Positions 8,881 through 17,949 of a stretch of 64,000 nucleotides of DNA are shown piece after piece. Position 1 is the first letter of the stretch; every line of letters begins with the position of its first letter. The notes below the pieces were generated by a model that was given only the letters and a program-made list of their open reading frames with translations, made no database searches and was not told where the DNA came from. The stretch covers positions 472 to 64,471 of the forward strand of contig JAFEBA010000015.1 in assembly GCA_018266105.1 (NCBI GenBank). Reading direction: 5' to 3'. A program made the position numbers and the translations under genes. The DNA comes from a bacterium (GTDB taxonomy: Bacteria > Vulcanimicrobiota > Xenobia > Xenobiales > JADMJV01).

Positions 8881-11800
8881 TTAACTACGTTCGCTCAAGC
8901 CCTGCGGTGGGACGCCCAACCGGTCGAGTTCTCGCTGGATCTTCTCCAAAAAGGCCTCGGAACGTTTCCGCAGTGCTACCCGATAGCCTTCTTGCAACTG
9001 CTCAATACAATCCTGGGTCATCTTCAGGCGGTCATAGACCAGAGCCAGGTTGTAACGAGCGTTCAAGTCTTGCGGTTCGATTTCCAAGCAGCGGCGATAG
9101 GCCTCGATGACCTGCTCCCATCGCCCTTTTTTGGAGTAGGCGACACCCAGATTATAGTGACTCTTGGAGTCGGTCGGGTTGAGCGCAATGGCTTTTTGGT
9201 AAGCGCTGATGGCTTCGTCCAGGCGGTTGGCGCCGGCATTGGCGATGCCCAGGTGGCTGTGGGCTTCGGCGCTGTATGGGTCGAGCTCCACGGCTTTTTG
9301 GAGCACGTCGATGGCCTGGTCGTATTCGCCCTGACGGAAGTAGATCAGGCCCAGTTTGGAAAGGATGTCTGGGTCGCGAGGCGAGAGGCGTAGTGCCTCT
9401 TGGTACGCGGAAGCGGCCTGTTCCCAGCGCGAAAGCTGCATATAGACCAGTCCCGTATCGGCATAGGGACGGGCCCAGGTTGGGTCCGCCTCAACCGCTC
9501 GAATCAGATTGTCGAGAGCCGCTTCGAATTTGCCCCGTCGCAGCAGTACCGTGCCCAGGCCGGCCAGGGCGCGCGAGCAATGCGGGTCCATTTCCAGCGC
9601 CTTGCGGAAGTTCTGTTCGGCCGCTTCCCAGCGGCGTTGAGCTGATTGGGCATCGCCCAGCCGAGCGTAGACGCCGGGGCCGGCTTTGAGTTTGAGGGCG
9701 GTCTCCACGGTCTGGATGGCAAGTTGTGAATCCCCTCGCTTCAGATAAGCCTCGGAGAGTTTAAGCAGCAAGTCCACGTCGCCCGGGTCCAGGTCAATGG
9801 CGCGCAGATATTCCTCGATGGCCAGATCCAGCTCGCCTTTGGTTTCATAAAGGCTGCCCAGTTCGCTGCGGATTGATCCCAGGTCGGGGTAGTCGTTCAG
9901 AAGTTGCTGGAAGTTGCGAATGGCGTCATCGGTGTCGCCCAGCCGGGCCAGGCAGAGGGCGCGCTGGACACGGATGTCCAGGCGCTTGGGATCGATGCGG
10001 TAAGCTTCTTGCGTGTCCTGGAGAGCCAGTTCAAGCTTATTTTGAAGCAGATAAAGGCGACCCGATTGGTAGCGCAAGGAGGCCTCGTCGGGGAAGCGCA
10101 CCGCCGCCTGGGCCAGTTCGTTTTCAGCCTGTTCCCAGCGCTGCAGCTGGATCAGGATTTGCGCCCGACGGTAGTGGATGTCGTGATGGGGCGAGCCGCT
10201 GGCTTCTGCCTGAGCAAACAGGTCCAGGGCCTCGGGCAGTCGGCCCAGAGCCGTGCAGCAGCAGGCATAGGCATAATAAAGCTCAGCCCGCTTGGGGCTG
10301 TTGGGAGTCAGGTCCAGGGCTGTCTGTAAGTTGAAAGCAGCCTCGGCGAAGTAGGAGCCCTGCTGTAGAAGCAGACCCAGCTCACCGTGGAAGTCACCAC
10401 GCCCTTCTTCGATGCGCAAGGCTTGGCGGAAGTAGTTCTCGGCCCCGCGCTGGTCGCCCAGTTGACGCACGCACAGACCAAGCAGGAAGAGTGCGTCGGC
10501 GTGTTCCGGGTCGTAACGCAAGCAGTTGCCCAAAGATTCGCGGGCCTGATCAAAATAGCCTGACTGGAACTGGGCGTTGCCCAGTTCAAAATAGCTTTCA
10601 GCTCGCTGCGGGGCCAGCTTGATGGCGGCCTCGTAGGCGCTGATGGCCGTCTCGGGGTCGTTGAGCTCGCGACAGGTCTCGGCCAGATCGAGTAGATAGT
10701 GGAGGTTGGCGGGGTCGAGTTCGGTGGCCCGCTGCAGGCACTCGCGAGCCAGGTCCAGCCGGCCCAGATCGCGTTCGACCAGGGCGCTCTCGTAATGATA
10801 GTTGGCCTGGCCGGGATCCAGGTGGGCGGCCTGGGCGAAATGCTCGCGAGCTTTCTCGTCGCGACTGATGCGGCGCAAGGCCAGCCCCAGTCGATAGTGG
10901 GCGTCGGCCCAATAGGGGTGGTGTTTTACAGCGTTTTCGTAGGCCTGAGTGGAAAGCTCGGGGAGCTTGAGGGCTTCGTAGACTTCACCCAGGACTGCGT
11001 AGGCTTCGTGATGAGCAGGATTGAGCTCCACCGCTTGGCGCAGGGCCACCACCGCCAGATCCAGGCGCTGCAGCTTCCAGTAGGCCTGGCCCAATGCGAA
11101 GTGGACAAAACTGTTGTGAGGGTTAAGCTCCAAAGCCTTGGTATAGCTTTCGACCGCGTCTTCGTAACGGCCCATTCCAGATTGAGCTGTGCCCATCAGG
11201 AAGTAGGTGTGGCTCTGGTCGGGTAACAGCTTGATGGACTGCTTGTAGTTACTGACGGCCAGGTCCAGCTTGTCCAGCTGGGTGTAGGCCTGACCCAGGG
11301 CTACGAAAAACTCGGGGTTGTTGGGATCACCCGCCAGAGCGCGTTGGTAGCGCTTGATGGCCAGATCCAGTCGTCCCAGGCGCACATAGGATTGGCCCAG
11401 TCGAAAATGGGCCTGGGCCATATCCGGATCGAGCTCGATGGCGCGCTGATACTCGCGATTGGCGTCTTCGATATTGCCCTGGCGGGCGAAGATGTTGCCC
11501 AGTTCGAAATGGCTCTTGGGGTTATCGCCTTCCAGCGAGAGCGAGGTCTGCAGCTCCAGCTTGGCCATTCCCAATTTGCCCAGGTGGGCGTAGACCTGAC
11601 CCAGGTGATAGTGAACCTGGGCGTCGTTGGGGTCCAGGTCGATGGCTTTGCGAAATTCCTGGACAGCGAGATCGAAACGATTGGTTTGATAGTAAGCCAG
11701 TCCCAGATTGTTGTGAGTATAGGGGTCGTTGGGGTCGAGGCGGATCGCCTCCAGGTATTCGTGGATACAGGCTTCGCTATCGCCCAGTCGGGCGTAGGCG

Positions 11801-12588
11801 CGACCCAGATTGTAGTGGTAGTAGGATTCATCCGGACTGAGCTGGACGGCACGGCGCAGATATTGCACCGCTTCATCCAGTTCATTGGTCTGGGATAGAT
11901 AGAGTCCAAGATTGTAGTTGGCAGCGGCGTGCTCGGCCTCGAGCTCAATGACCCGACGAAACATGTCGATGGCCTGGTCGGTTTTGCCCAGCTTGCCCAG
12001 GCAGACGCCCATTTGGAAATGGGCTTCCACGCTGTTGGGGGTGTTTTCCAGCAGCTTGGAGTACTCTTCAATGGCCATCTCCAACTTGCCCTGACGCTGG
12101 TAGACTTGAGCCAGGTTGAAGCGGGCATCCTGATTGGTTGGATCGAGTCGCACTTGACGCAGATAGTCGTCAGCGCCCTGGAGCCGCTCTAATTCTTGCT
12201 GGATACGACGTTCACCGGTGGAGTCGTTCATGTTTTGAACGATCTTGAGAGCCACCTGCAGGCTGGTGATCGCGCGGTCGCGCTGGCCCAGCCGCTCGTA
12301 GGCCAGGCCTAAATTATAGTGGGCGCGCACAAAGTTGGGTACAAGCGCCAGCACCTCTTGCCACTCGCGAATGGCCATGTCGATGTTGCCCTGGCGGAAG
12401 TAGGCCGTACCCATTTCATAGTGCGCCTGGTGATGCTCGGGATGCAGCACCACCACGCGCTGATATTCACGAATAGCCGCCTCCAGGCGGTTTTCGTAAA
12501 GATGCTGGTTGCCCAGCCGATAGTGATATTGAACCTCGTCCGAGGTGGCCGCTCCAAGCGGGTCCAGTGGGGACTGCATTCGGTCCAC
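8881..12588 (-). CDS. Giant TPR-repeat protein (1235 aa).
   Basis: More than 30 consecutive 34-aa TPR units (A..Y..ALRLDP.. motifs throughout). Alternate-frame ORFs inside it are translation artefacts. Confidence 0.85.
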   Translation of the reverse strand: MDRMQSPLDPLGAATSDEVQYHYRLGNQHLYENRLEAAIREYQRVVVLHPEHHQAHYEMGTAYFRQGNIDMAIREWQEVLALVPNFVRAHYNLGLAYERLGQRDRAITSLQVALKIVQNMNDSTGERRIQQELERLQGADDYLRQVRLDPTNQDARFNLAQVYQRQGKLEMAIEEYSKLLENTPNSVEAHFQMGVCLGKLGKTDQAIDMFRRVIELEAEHAAANYNLGLYLSQTNELDEAVQYLRRAVQLSPDESYYHYNLGRAYARLGDSEACIHEYLEAIRLDPNDPYTHNNLGLAYYQTNRFDLAVQEFRKAIDLDPNDAQVHYHLGQVYAHLGKLGMAKLELQTSLSLEGDNPKSHFELGNIFARQGNIEDANREYQRAIELDPDMAQAHFRLGQSYVRLGRLDLAIKRYQRALAGDPNNPEFFVALGQAYTQLDKLDLAVSNYKQSIKLLPDQSHTYFLMGTAQSGMGRYEDAVESYTKALELNPHNSFVHFALGQAYWKLQRLDLAVVALRQAVELNPAHHEAYAVLGEVYEALKLPELSTQAYENAVKHHPYWADAHYRLGLALRRISRDEKAREHFAQAAHLDPGQANYHYESALVERDLGRLDLARECLQRATELDPANLHYLLDLAETCRELNDPETAISAYEAAIKLAPQRAESYFELGNAQFQSGYFDQARESLGNCLRYDPEHADALFLLGLCVRQLGDQRGAENYFRQALRIEEGRGDFHGELGLLLQQGSYFAEAAFNLQTALDLTPNSPKRAELYYAYACCCTALGRLPEALDLFAQAEASGSPHHDIHYRRAQILIQLQRWEQAENELAQAAVRFPDEASLRYQSGRLYLLQNKLELALQDTQEAYRIDPKRLDIRVQRALCLARLGDTDDAIRNFQQLLNDYPDLGSIRSELGSLYETKGELDLAIEEYLRAIDLDPGDVDLLLKLSEAYLKRGDSQLAIQTVETALKLKAGPGVYARLGDAQSAQRRWEAAEQNFRKALEMDPHCSRALAGLGTVLLRRGKFEAALDNLIRAVEADPTWARPYADTGLVYMQLSRWEQAASAYQEALRLSPRDPDILSKLGLIYFRQGEYDQAIDVLQKAVELDPYSAEAHSHLGIANAGANRLDEAISAYQKAIALNPTDSKSHYNLGVAYSKKGRWEQVIEAYRRCLEIEPQDLNARYNLALVYDRLKMTQDCIEQLQEGYRVALRKRSEAFLEKIQRELDRLGVPPQGLSERS

Positions 12589-12739
12589 GGGCGCATCCTT
12601 TGCCGTCTCTGTCTGTTCCTAGGGTTGTATGGCCCGGGGAGCAGAATAGTTGGCCCTGGGCTTGGACACACCAGGGGGCATTTCCTTGCCGAGGGAGCGG
12701 ACTTTAGAGGAACAGGCAGATGGCAGCGAACAAACCGCC

Positions 12740-13654
12740 ATGATGAAAAAGTGGTTTGGTGCTTTGCTGCTTACCGCCGGCCTGGTCCTGGGGGCGTCGG
12801 CTGAAGGGACCCTGACGGTCTTTTGCAATAGTGTTCCGGTCAAATTGAACGCCATCACCCGCAACGGCGTGGCCTACTATCCGGTCGAGCCGGTGGTGAA
12901 TGCTTTCGGCGCGGACATGTACTGGAATCCCACCGTGCATTCACTGCGCGTGGACCGCAAGAACATTGAAATAGAGCCTGTCTTTGTGGGTGAAGATATT
13001 TACCTGCCCTTGGAGACCATCGCCGAGGCCCTGGGGGCCTCGGCCACCTGGAATCCCGGGCAGGGTGAGGTGGTCCTGAATCGCACCAAACGGTTGAACG
13101 CTCCCAACAACGTTCCTATGGTCTCTTTTCAGGGTTCCCACATTCCTGAAGATGCGACCGGCGGTGGACACACCAAAAGCAACCTGCAGCCCCCTCCCTC
13201 CGTACCGGTGCGACCGGCTCCCGGGCAGCCCGACCCGATCGGGGCTCAGCGCGTCTCTTCCGAACTGAACCGAGAGAAGGAGGGCTCGGGCGACATCTAT
13301 ACCCCTCGCGTGGCCCGCAACGCCGCTTTCCAGGTCACCGTCACCAATCTGGAGGTGGTCGACTCGATTCGCGGTCATCATCAGCCGCGTAACGGTCACA
13401 GGTTTATCGTTATCTACGTCTCCCAAAAGAACGTCACCATGCAGCCGGTTCTGAATCCGGGAACGTTCTTTGTGCAAGATCAGTCTGGCAACGATTTTGA
13501 GCCGATGATGGAGTTCTCTAACTTTATGGGGGTCGTGCTGAAGCCTTACGGCATTAACTTCGGCTACTTTGTCTATGAGCTACCCACGCAGTCGGTGCCG
13601 GTGCGACTGGTGTTGGTCACCACCAATCAATCCCCGGTTGAGGTAAATCTGTGA
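12740..13654 (+). CDS. Secreted protein with a copper-amine-oxidase N-terminal-like (stalk) domain and a DUF4352-like C-terminal domain.
   Basis: Signal peptide MMKKWFGALLLTAGLVLGASA. Two half-repeats (ITRNGVAYYPVEPVVNAFGADMYWNP and IYLPLETIAEALGASATWNP) match the Cu_amine_oxidN1 pattern. The six-frame track ORF begins upstream at 12650, but the likely start is the ATG at 12740. Confidence 0.5.
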   Translation: MMKKWFGALLLTAGLVLGASAEGTLTVFCNSVPVKLNAITRNGVAYYPVEPVVNAFGADMYWNPTVHSLRVDRKNIEIEPVFVGEDIYLPLETIAEALGASATWNPGQGEVVLNRTKRLNAPNNVPMVSFQGSHIPEDATGGGHTKSNLQPPPSVPVRPAPGQPDPIGAQRVSSELNREKEGSGDIYTPRVARNAAFQVTVTNLEVVDSIRGHHQPRNGHRFIVIYVSQKNVTMQPVLNPGTFFVQDQSGNDFEPMMEFSNFMGVVLKPYGINFGYFVYELPTQSVPVRLVLVTTNQSPVEVNL

Positions 13655-14871
13655 GAGTCCTCTTTCTACTTCTATTGTTGTGCGCGGTGGCCGGTGCCGA
13701 GCCCCTGCATATCTCTTTCTGGCATGCGTTTTCCGGTGACCGTGAGGCGCGTTTACGCGAACAGGTCGAAAAGTTTCAGCAGCAGAATCCAGAAATCGCT
13801 GTTGATCTGCGCTCTTTCACCGATCCGCGTAGGGCTGGCAACGACTATGCCGAGCTCTACAAGAATTTGCTACGAGCCAGCGCCGAAGGCAAGCCTCCAG
13901 TGGTGGCTCAGATGTACGAGAATTGGGTGACTCAACTGGCTGAGGTCAAGCAGCTGGTGCCTCTGGATAAGGAGCTGGAAGCAATTTGGAAAGACCTGCC
14001 GGCCGTTTTCCTGAAAGCATCCACTCACTGGAACGGAAAGCGCTACTCGGTCCCATTCAATAAGAGTCTCTGGGCTCTTTACGCCAACAATCACCTCTTT
14101 GAGGAGAAGGATCCGCCTCAGAATTGGAGCGAGTTCAGGGTCGCTTGCGCCAAGCTGAAAGAGCAATTCCCGCGGGGGGTGGTGGCCACGCCCAGCCCCT
14201 TTGAACTCTTTGACATGCACTTCGTCTCTCAGGGCGGTCGATTTTTCGACGCTCACAAACAGCCGAGTTTTGCCGGCCCGTTGGGTCTGTCCAGTGGCGG
14301 TTATTGCCAGGCCCTGGCAGGACAGGACGGCAGTTGCATTTTTGGACCGGAAGCTTCCCAGCTCTTTCTGGACGGTCGCTTGCCCTTTCTGATTGATACC
14401 AGTGCCAAACTGGCCACCCTGGAAAGTAAGCTGGGCGACCGCCTCTCGGTTTTTCCCTTGCCCCGCGGAGCGGGTGATCGCATTCAGCTCACGGGGACTC
14501 AACTTTCCCTCTTCAGTCAGTCGAGCCCGGCCGAGCGTCGTGCGGGCGTTCGCTTGCTTCGCTTTTTGACCTCGCCTGAGCAGACTCGTGACTGGGCCAT
14601 GGCCACCGGTTATTTACCGGTGCGCAACGGTGCCTATACCGACCCGGTTTATCTCGATTACCTCAGGGCCAGGCCGGGGAGGGCTGTCATCACCGGCGAG
14701 TTGGCGCGCGCCCAGGTGCAGCCTCAGGTTGTGGGCTGGGAATCGACTCGGGTCCTCATCAACGATGCTCTGGAGCGCACTCTCTACCAGAAGCGCCCGA
14801 TCGATAAGGAGTTGATCGGCGCCCAGGCCGTTACCGCTCGCCTGGTGCGGGGACTGCAAGGTCGACCCTGA
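13651..14871 (+). CDS. Extracellular solute-binding protein (ABC-transporter family 1, sugar-type SBP). It is an orphan: no permease or ATPase genes are adjacent.
   Basis: Signal peptide, then ...ISFWHAFSGDREARLREQVEKFQQQNPEIAVDL..., typical of family-1 SBPs. The GTG start overlaps the upstream stop by 4 nt. Confidence 0.75.
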   Translation: MRVLFLLLLLCAVAGAEPLHISFWHAFSGDREARLREQVEKFQQQNPEIAVDLRSFTDPRRAGNDYAELYKNLLRASAEGKPPVVAQMYENWVTQLAEVKQLVPLDKELEAIWKDLPAVFLKASTHWNGKRYSVPFNKSLWALYANNHLFEEKDPPQNWSEFRVACAKLKEQFPRGVVATPSPFELFDMHFVSQGGRFFDAHKQPSFAGPLGLSSGGYCQALAGQDGSCIFGPEASQLFLDGRLPFLIDTSAKLATLESKLGDRLSVFPLPRGAGDRIQLTGTQLSLFSQSSPAERRAGVRLLRFLTSPEQTRDWAMATGYLPVRNGAYTDPVYLDYLRARPGRAVITGELARAQVQPQVVGWESTRVLINDALERTLYQKRPIDKELIGAQAVTARLVRGLQGRP

Positions 14872-14912
14872 AGCGGCTGGCTGGTCTGCTCGGCTACATC
14901 GACGAGCTGAGC

Positions 14913-15887
14913 TTGATTGTCATTGGTCTGGTGCTGTTCCTGGTGGCCAGCAACACTCAAACCGGCTGGGTCTATCTGCTCTCTGGCACCGTTTTCGGGG
15001 CGTTGATGACGGGCTGGTGGAGCTCCCGGAGGGCCCTGAGGCCGGCCAATTTCAGACTCTGGGTTCCAGGCTCCGTTCCTCGGGGGCAGGGCTTTGCGGC
15101 CACCCTGAGCTGGACCTCGGCGGCCCTGGGCTATTCCGCCTATTGGAAACCTTTGGGCCAGATCCAACTGGATCAGCAAGGGCGCGAACAGGCTCTGTTG
15201 GAGTCGAGTCAGCGCGAGCAGAAGGTCTGGTTGATCGGTCAACAGCGCGGAATTTTCTCTCAGATTCCGGGGGAAATCACCTGTTATGGTCCCCTGGCCT
15301 GGTTTGCCGCCAGACGTCGGCTCAATCCGGAGTTGAGTCAACCGCTCTACATTCTGCCGCGTAGACGAGAGATGAGCAATCAGAAGATGAAGGCTCTGGC
15401 CCGCGGGAGCCTGGGTGACCGCCGCGGCCAGCCGGCCGGACAGGGAGACCTTCGTCGTTTGCGCGAGTATCAGGTGGGCGACGATGTGCGTTGGATCCAT
15501 TGGGCCAGTAGCGCTCGGCGCGGGGAGCTGGTCGTTCGTGAGTTTTCCCAAGGTGGTGCTCTCCAGCTGGTCCTGTGCTGGGGATGCCAGGCGGAGGCGC
15601 TGTCAGAGGTTGAAGCTTTCGAAGAGCTGATGGACTGGGTCTACACTTATTTTGTGTCGGCTCGGGAGCAGGGCTGGCCTGTACAGCTGCTGGTGCCCCA
15701 GGCCGACGGCAGCTGGAAAGCCAGCGAGCAGATCGAGATTCTGGCTACGGCTCAGGCGCAGGTGACCCCGCCTGCGCCGGCCTGGTCGGCCGCCCAAGGT
15801 TGGGCTCGCATCGACTTCTGGCTGGGTCGTGGTTGCTCACCGGCGGGTGTAGAGGTCTTGGAGTTTGGAGAAAAGGCGCGTGTTTAA
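14913..15887 (+). CDS. DUF58 domain protein.
   Basis: Signature DLRRLREYQVGDDVRWIHWASSARRGELVVREF matches the DUF58 hallmark (YxxGDD.R.IDWkasAR.g.L.VrEf). N-terminal TM helix. Confidence 0.75.
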   Translation: MIVIGLVLFLVASNTQTGWVYLLSGTVFGALMTGWWSSRRALRPANFRLWVPGSVPRGQGFAATLSWTSAALGYSAYWKPLGQIQLDQQGREQALLESSQREQKVWLIGQQRGIFSQIPGEITCYGPLAWFAARRRLNPELSQPLYILPRRREMSNQKMKALARGSLGDRRGQPAGQGDLRRLREYQVGDDVRWIHWASSARRGELVVREFSQGGALQLVLCWGCQAEALSEVEAFEELMDWVYTYFVSAREQGWPVQLLVPQADGSWKASEQIEILATAQAQVTPPAPAWSAAQGWARIDFWLGRGCSPAGVEVLEFGEKARV

Positions 15888-17949
15888 GGCCTGGATCCGC
15901 TTTCTCAAGAGCTTGAAGCGGGTGCCCGAGGACTCGGGTCATTTTCGCGCCTGGGTGGCTGTCAACGTGACCGTGGCCCTGGTGGCCACCGCTGAGCAAT
16001 TGGATTGGCCCTTGTTTTTCTGGCCATGTCTGGCTTTGACCTGGTTTGGGATGTGGGTCAGTCATCGCTTGCGTCGACGCAACAATTGGGAGATTAAGGC
16101 CGCCTTGTCGGTGCTGATGGTGGTGGCTCTGGTCAATTTCTTTACCGGTCTGGCTCACAGTTACTACGACCCGCGGGAGCCTCTGGCCCAGCTCTTGATG
16201 TGGCTGCAGGCTCTGCACAGTTGTGATCTGCCCACACGCAAGGATCTGAGTTACTCGCTGCTCTCGGCGTTGATTTTGATGGCTGTTGGGGCGGTCTTGA
16301 GCATCACTTTTTCCTTTGCCGTCTACCTCAGTCTGTATTACCTCAGCGCGGTCATGGCCTTGCGTTGGAATGTGCGCTCACTGGTTGGGGAGCGCACCGG
16401 CTGGCGACCGGCCAGTGGCCGGTCCTTGCCGTCCTGGCGAGGCGGGCTGGGCCTGGGCGCCTCGGTGCTGGGCTGTGGCCTGGTGGTGGTGATGCTGATG
16501 CCCAGATTAGAAGGCTTTCGCATTCGCGCTCTGCCGATGAGCTGGCAAAATCATCTGGAGCAGGCGGCCGAGAGCAAGGGCGAGGTGCAGAATCCTTATT
16601 ACCCGGCTCAGCTATCCAAGGAACAGATGAAAAAGGAGTCCCACTTCAATTCCAGCGGCTATGGGGGATTCAGTTCGCTGGTTGATTTGCAAACTCGAGG
16701 TCGACTCGATCATGAGCGTGTGTTTCAGGTGCGTACAAACGTGGAGTGCTACTTCAGGGCTCTGACCTTCGATACCTACGACGGCCAGTTCTGGTCTCAA
16801 TCCGAAGAAGAGCTCCAATCTCTCAACGTGCAAAACCCGCCCTTTACTTTTATGCCCACAGCCAGTAACGCGACCGATGTGGTGCAGATTTTCTATATCG
16901 ACCGGCCCTTATCCAATCTGGTGCTTTTCTCTCCAGACGCCTATCAGGTGTTCTTTCCCAGTCAGATTCTTTATCAGGATCGCGCCGGGTGTCTGCGGGC
17001 TCCTTTTGTGCTGGACAAGGATATGGTTTACTCCGTCGTCAGTCGCCAGTCTCATATGACGCCTCGGCGCCTGAGTCGCTTGCCGCGGCGCGACCCGGAG
17101 TTGCGCAAGCTGACCAACTACCTGCAGTTGCCCGATACTCTTCCTGCGAGGGTGAGCGAACTGGCTCGTCAGGTCACCAAGGGGCGCAATGGCTATTACG
17201 ACCGGGCTGCAGCAATCGCTTTGTATCTGAGCAGCAATTATGCCTACGACCTGGATGTCCCACGCTTCGCGGAAGACCACGATGCCGTGGACTCGTTCTT
17301 GTTTGAGAGTCGGCGTGGGTATTGTGAGCACTTTGCCGCGGCCATGACGGTGATGTGTCGCGCCCTCAAAGTGCCCGCGCGCTACTGTACCGGCTTCTTG
17401 CCCGGAACCTACAACCCGTTCAGCGGCTTTCGCGAGGTTTATGGAGATCAGGCCCACGCCTGGGTGGAGGTCTTCATCCCGGGATACGGTTGGATGACGT
17501 TCGACCCGACCCCGGGGGGCAGTTTGACTCCTGAAGTGGATGCTGGTTCGGCTCCTCAGAATCGCTGGCTGGGCCTGGCTGTCCTGGAATATCTTGGGGC
17601 CAAGTTTGGGGTCTCCGCTTCGCGTCTGGCGGTCTGGCTGGTTGGTATCGGGCTGGGACTGCTGGGAGTGGCCGGGTTGCGAGCTCTCACTCCTCGTCCT
17701 CGATTGGATCCGGTTCTGGCGGCCCTTTTGGAGGCCTGGCCTTTGCTTGGACCTTGTCCTCCGGGTCAGTCCCCGCGAGCACGAGCCGCCGCGCACCCCT
17801 ACGAATCCTTGCGCAGGCTGGTCGAATTGCACGAATCGGTGGCTTACGCCGGACGCCCCAGTAGTGCGGCGGAGCATAAATTGGCGCGGGAGCTCCTGGC
17901 TCAGCTGCGCTCTGAAGTGGCTAAGGCGTCTGGGCCGTCGGGCCGGTGA
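15865..17949 (+). CDS. Transglutaminase-like membrane protein (TgpA-like; DUF3488 N-terminal TM region plus a transglutaminase core).
   Basis: Multiple N-terminal TM helices. The core GYCEHFAAAMTVMCRALKVPARYCTGF...HAWVEVFIPGYGWMTFDPT carries a Cys-His-Asp transglutaminase triad. It overlaps the DUF58 gene by 23 nt. Confidence 0.85.
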   Translation: MEKRRVFKAWIRFLKSLKRVPEDSGHFRAWVAVNVTVALVATAEQLDWPLFFWPCLALTWFGMWVSHRLRRRNNWEIKAALSVLMVVALVNFFTGLAHSYYDPREPLAQLLMWLQALHSCDLPTRKDLSYSLLSALILMAVGAVLSITFSFAVYLSLYYLSAVMALRWNVRSLVGERTGWRPASGRSLPSWRGGLGLGASVLGCGLVVVMLMPRLEGFRIRALPMSWQNHLEQAAESKGEVQNPYYPAQLSKEQMKKESHFNSSGYGGFSSLVDLQTRGRLDHERVFQVRTNVECYFRALTFDTYDGQFWSQSEEELQSLNVQNPPFTFMPTASNATDVVQIFYIDRPLSNLVLFSPDAYQVFFPSQILYQDRAGCLRAPFVLDKDMVYSVVSRQSHMTPRRLSRLPRRDPELRKLTNYLQLPDTLPARVSELARQVTKGRNGYYDRAAAIALYLSSNYAYDLDVPRFAEDHDAVDSFLFESRRGYCEHFAAAMTVMCRALKVPARYCTGFLPGTYNPFSGFREVYGDQAHAWVEVFIPGYGWMTFDPTPGGSLTPEVDAGSAPQNRWLGLAVLEYLGAKFGVSASRLAVWLVGIGLGLLGVAGLRALTPRPRLDPVLAALLEAWPLLGPCPPGQSPRARAAAHPYESLRRLVELHESVAYAGRPSSAAEHKLARELLAQLRSEVAKASGPSGR

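Noticed and set aside
11301-12128. A 275-aa ORF on the minus strand inside the giant TPR gene, in an alternate frame.
   Set aside because: It has a Trp/Ser/Thr/Pro-rich composition, which is typical of off-frame translation of GC-rich coding sequence. It is fully nested in a gene with a clear TPR periodicity.
16909-17877. A 322-aa minus-strand ORF antisense to the TgpA-like gene. A similar 260-aa ORF (19981..20763) is antisense to glgB.
   Set aside because: The sense-strand genes have unambiguous catalytic motifs. The antisense ORFs are Arg/Gln/Pro-rich artefacts.
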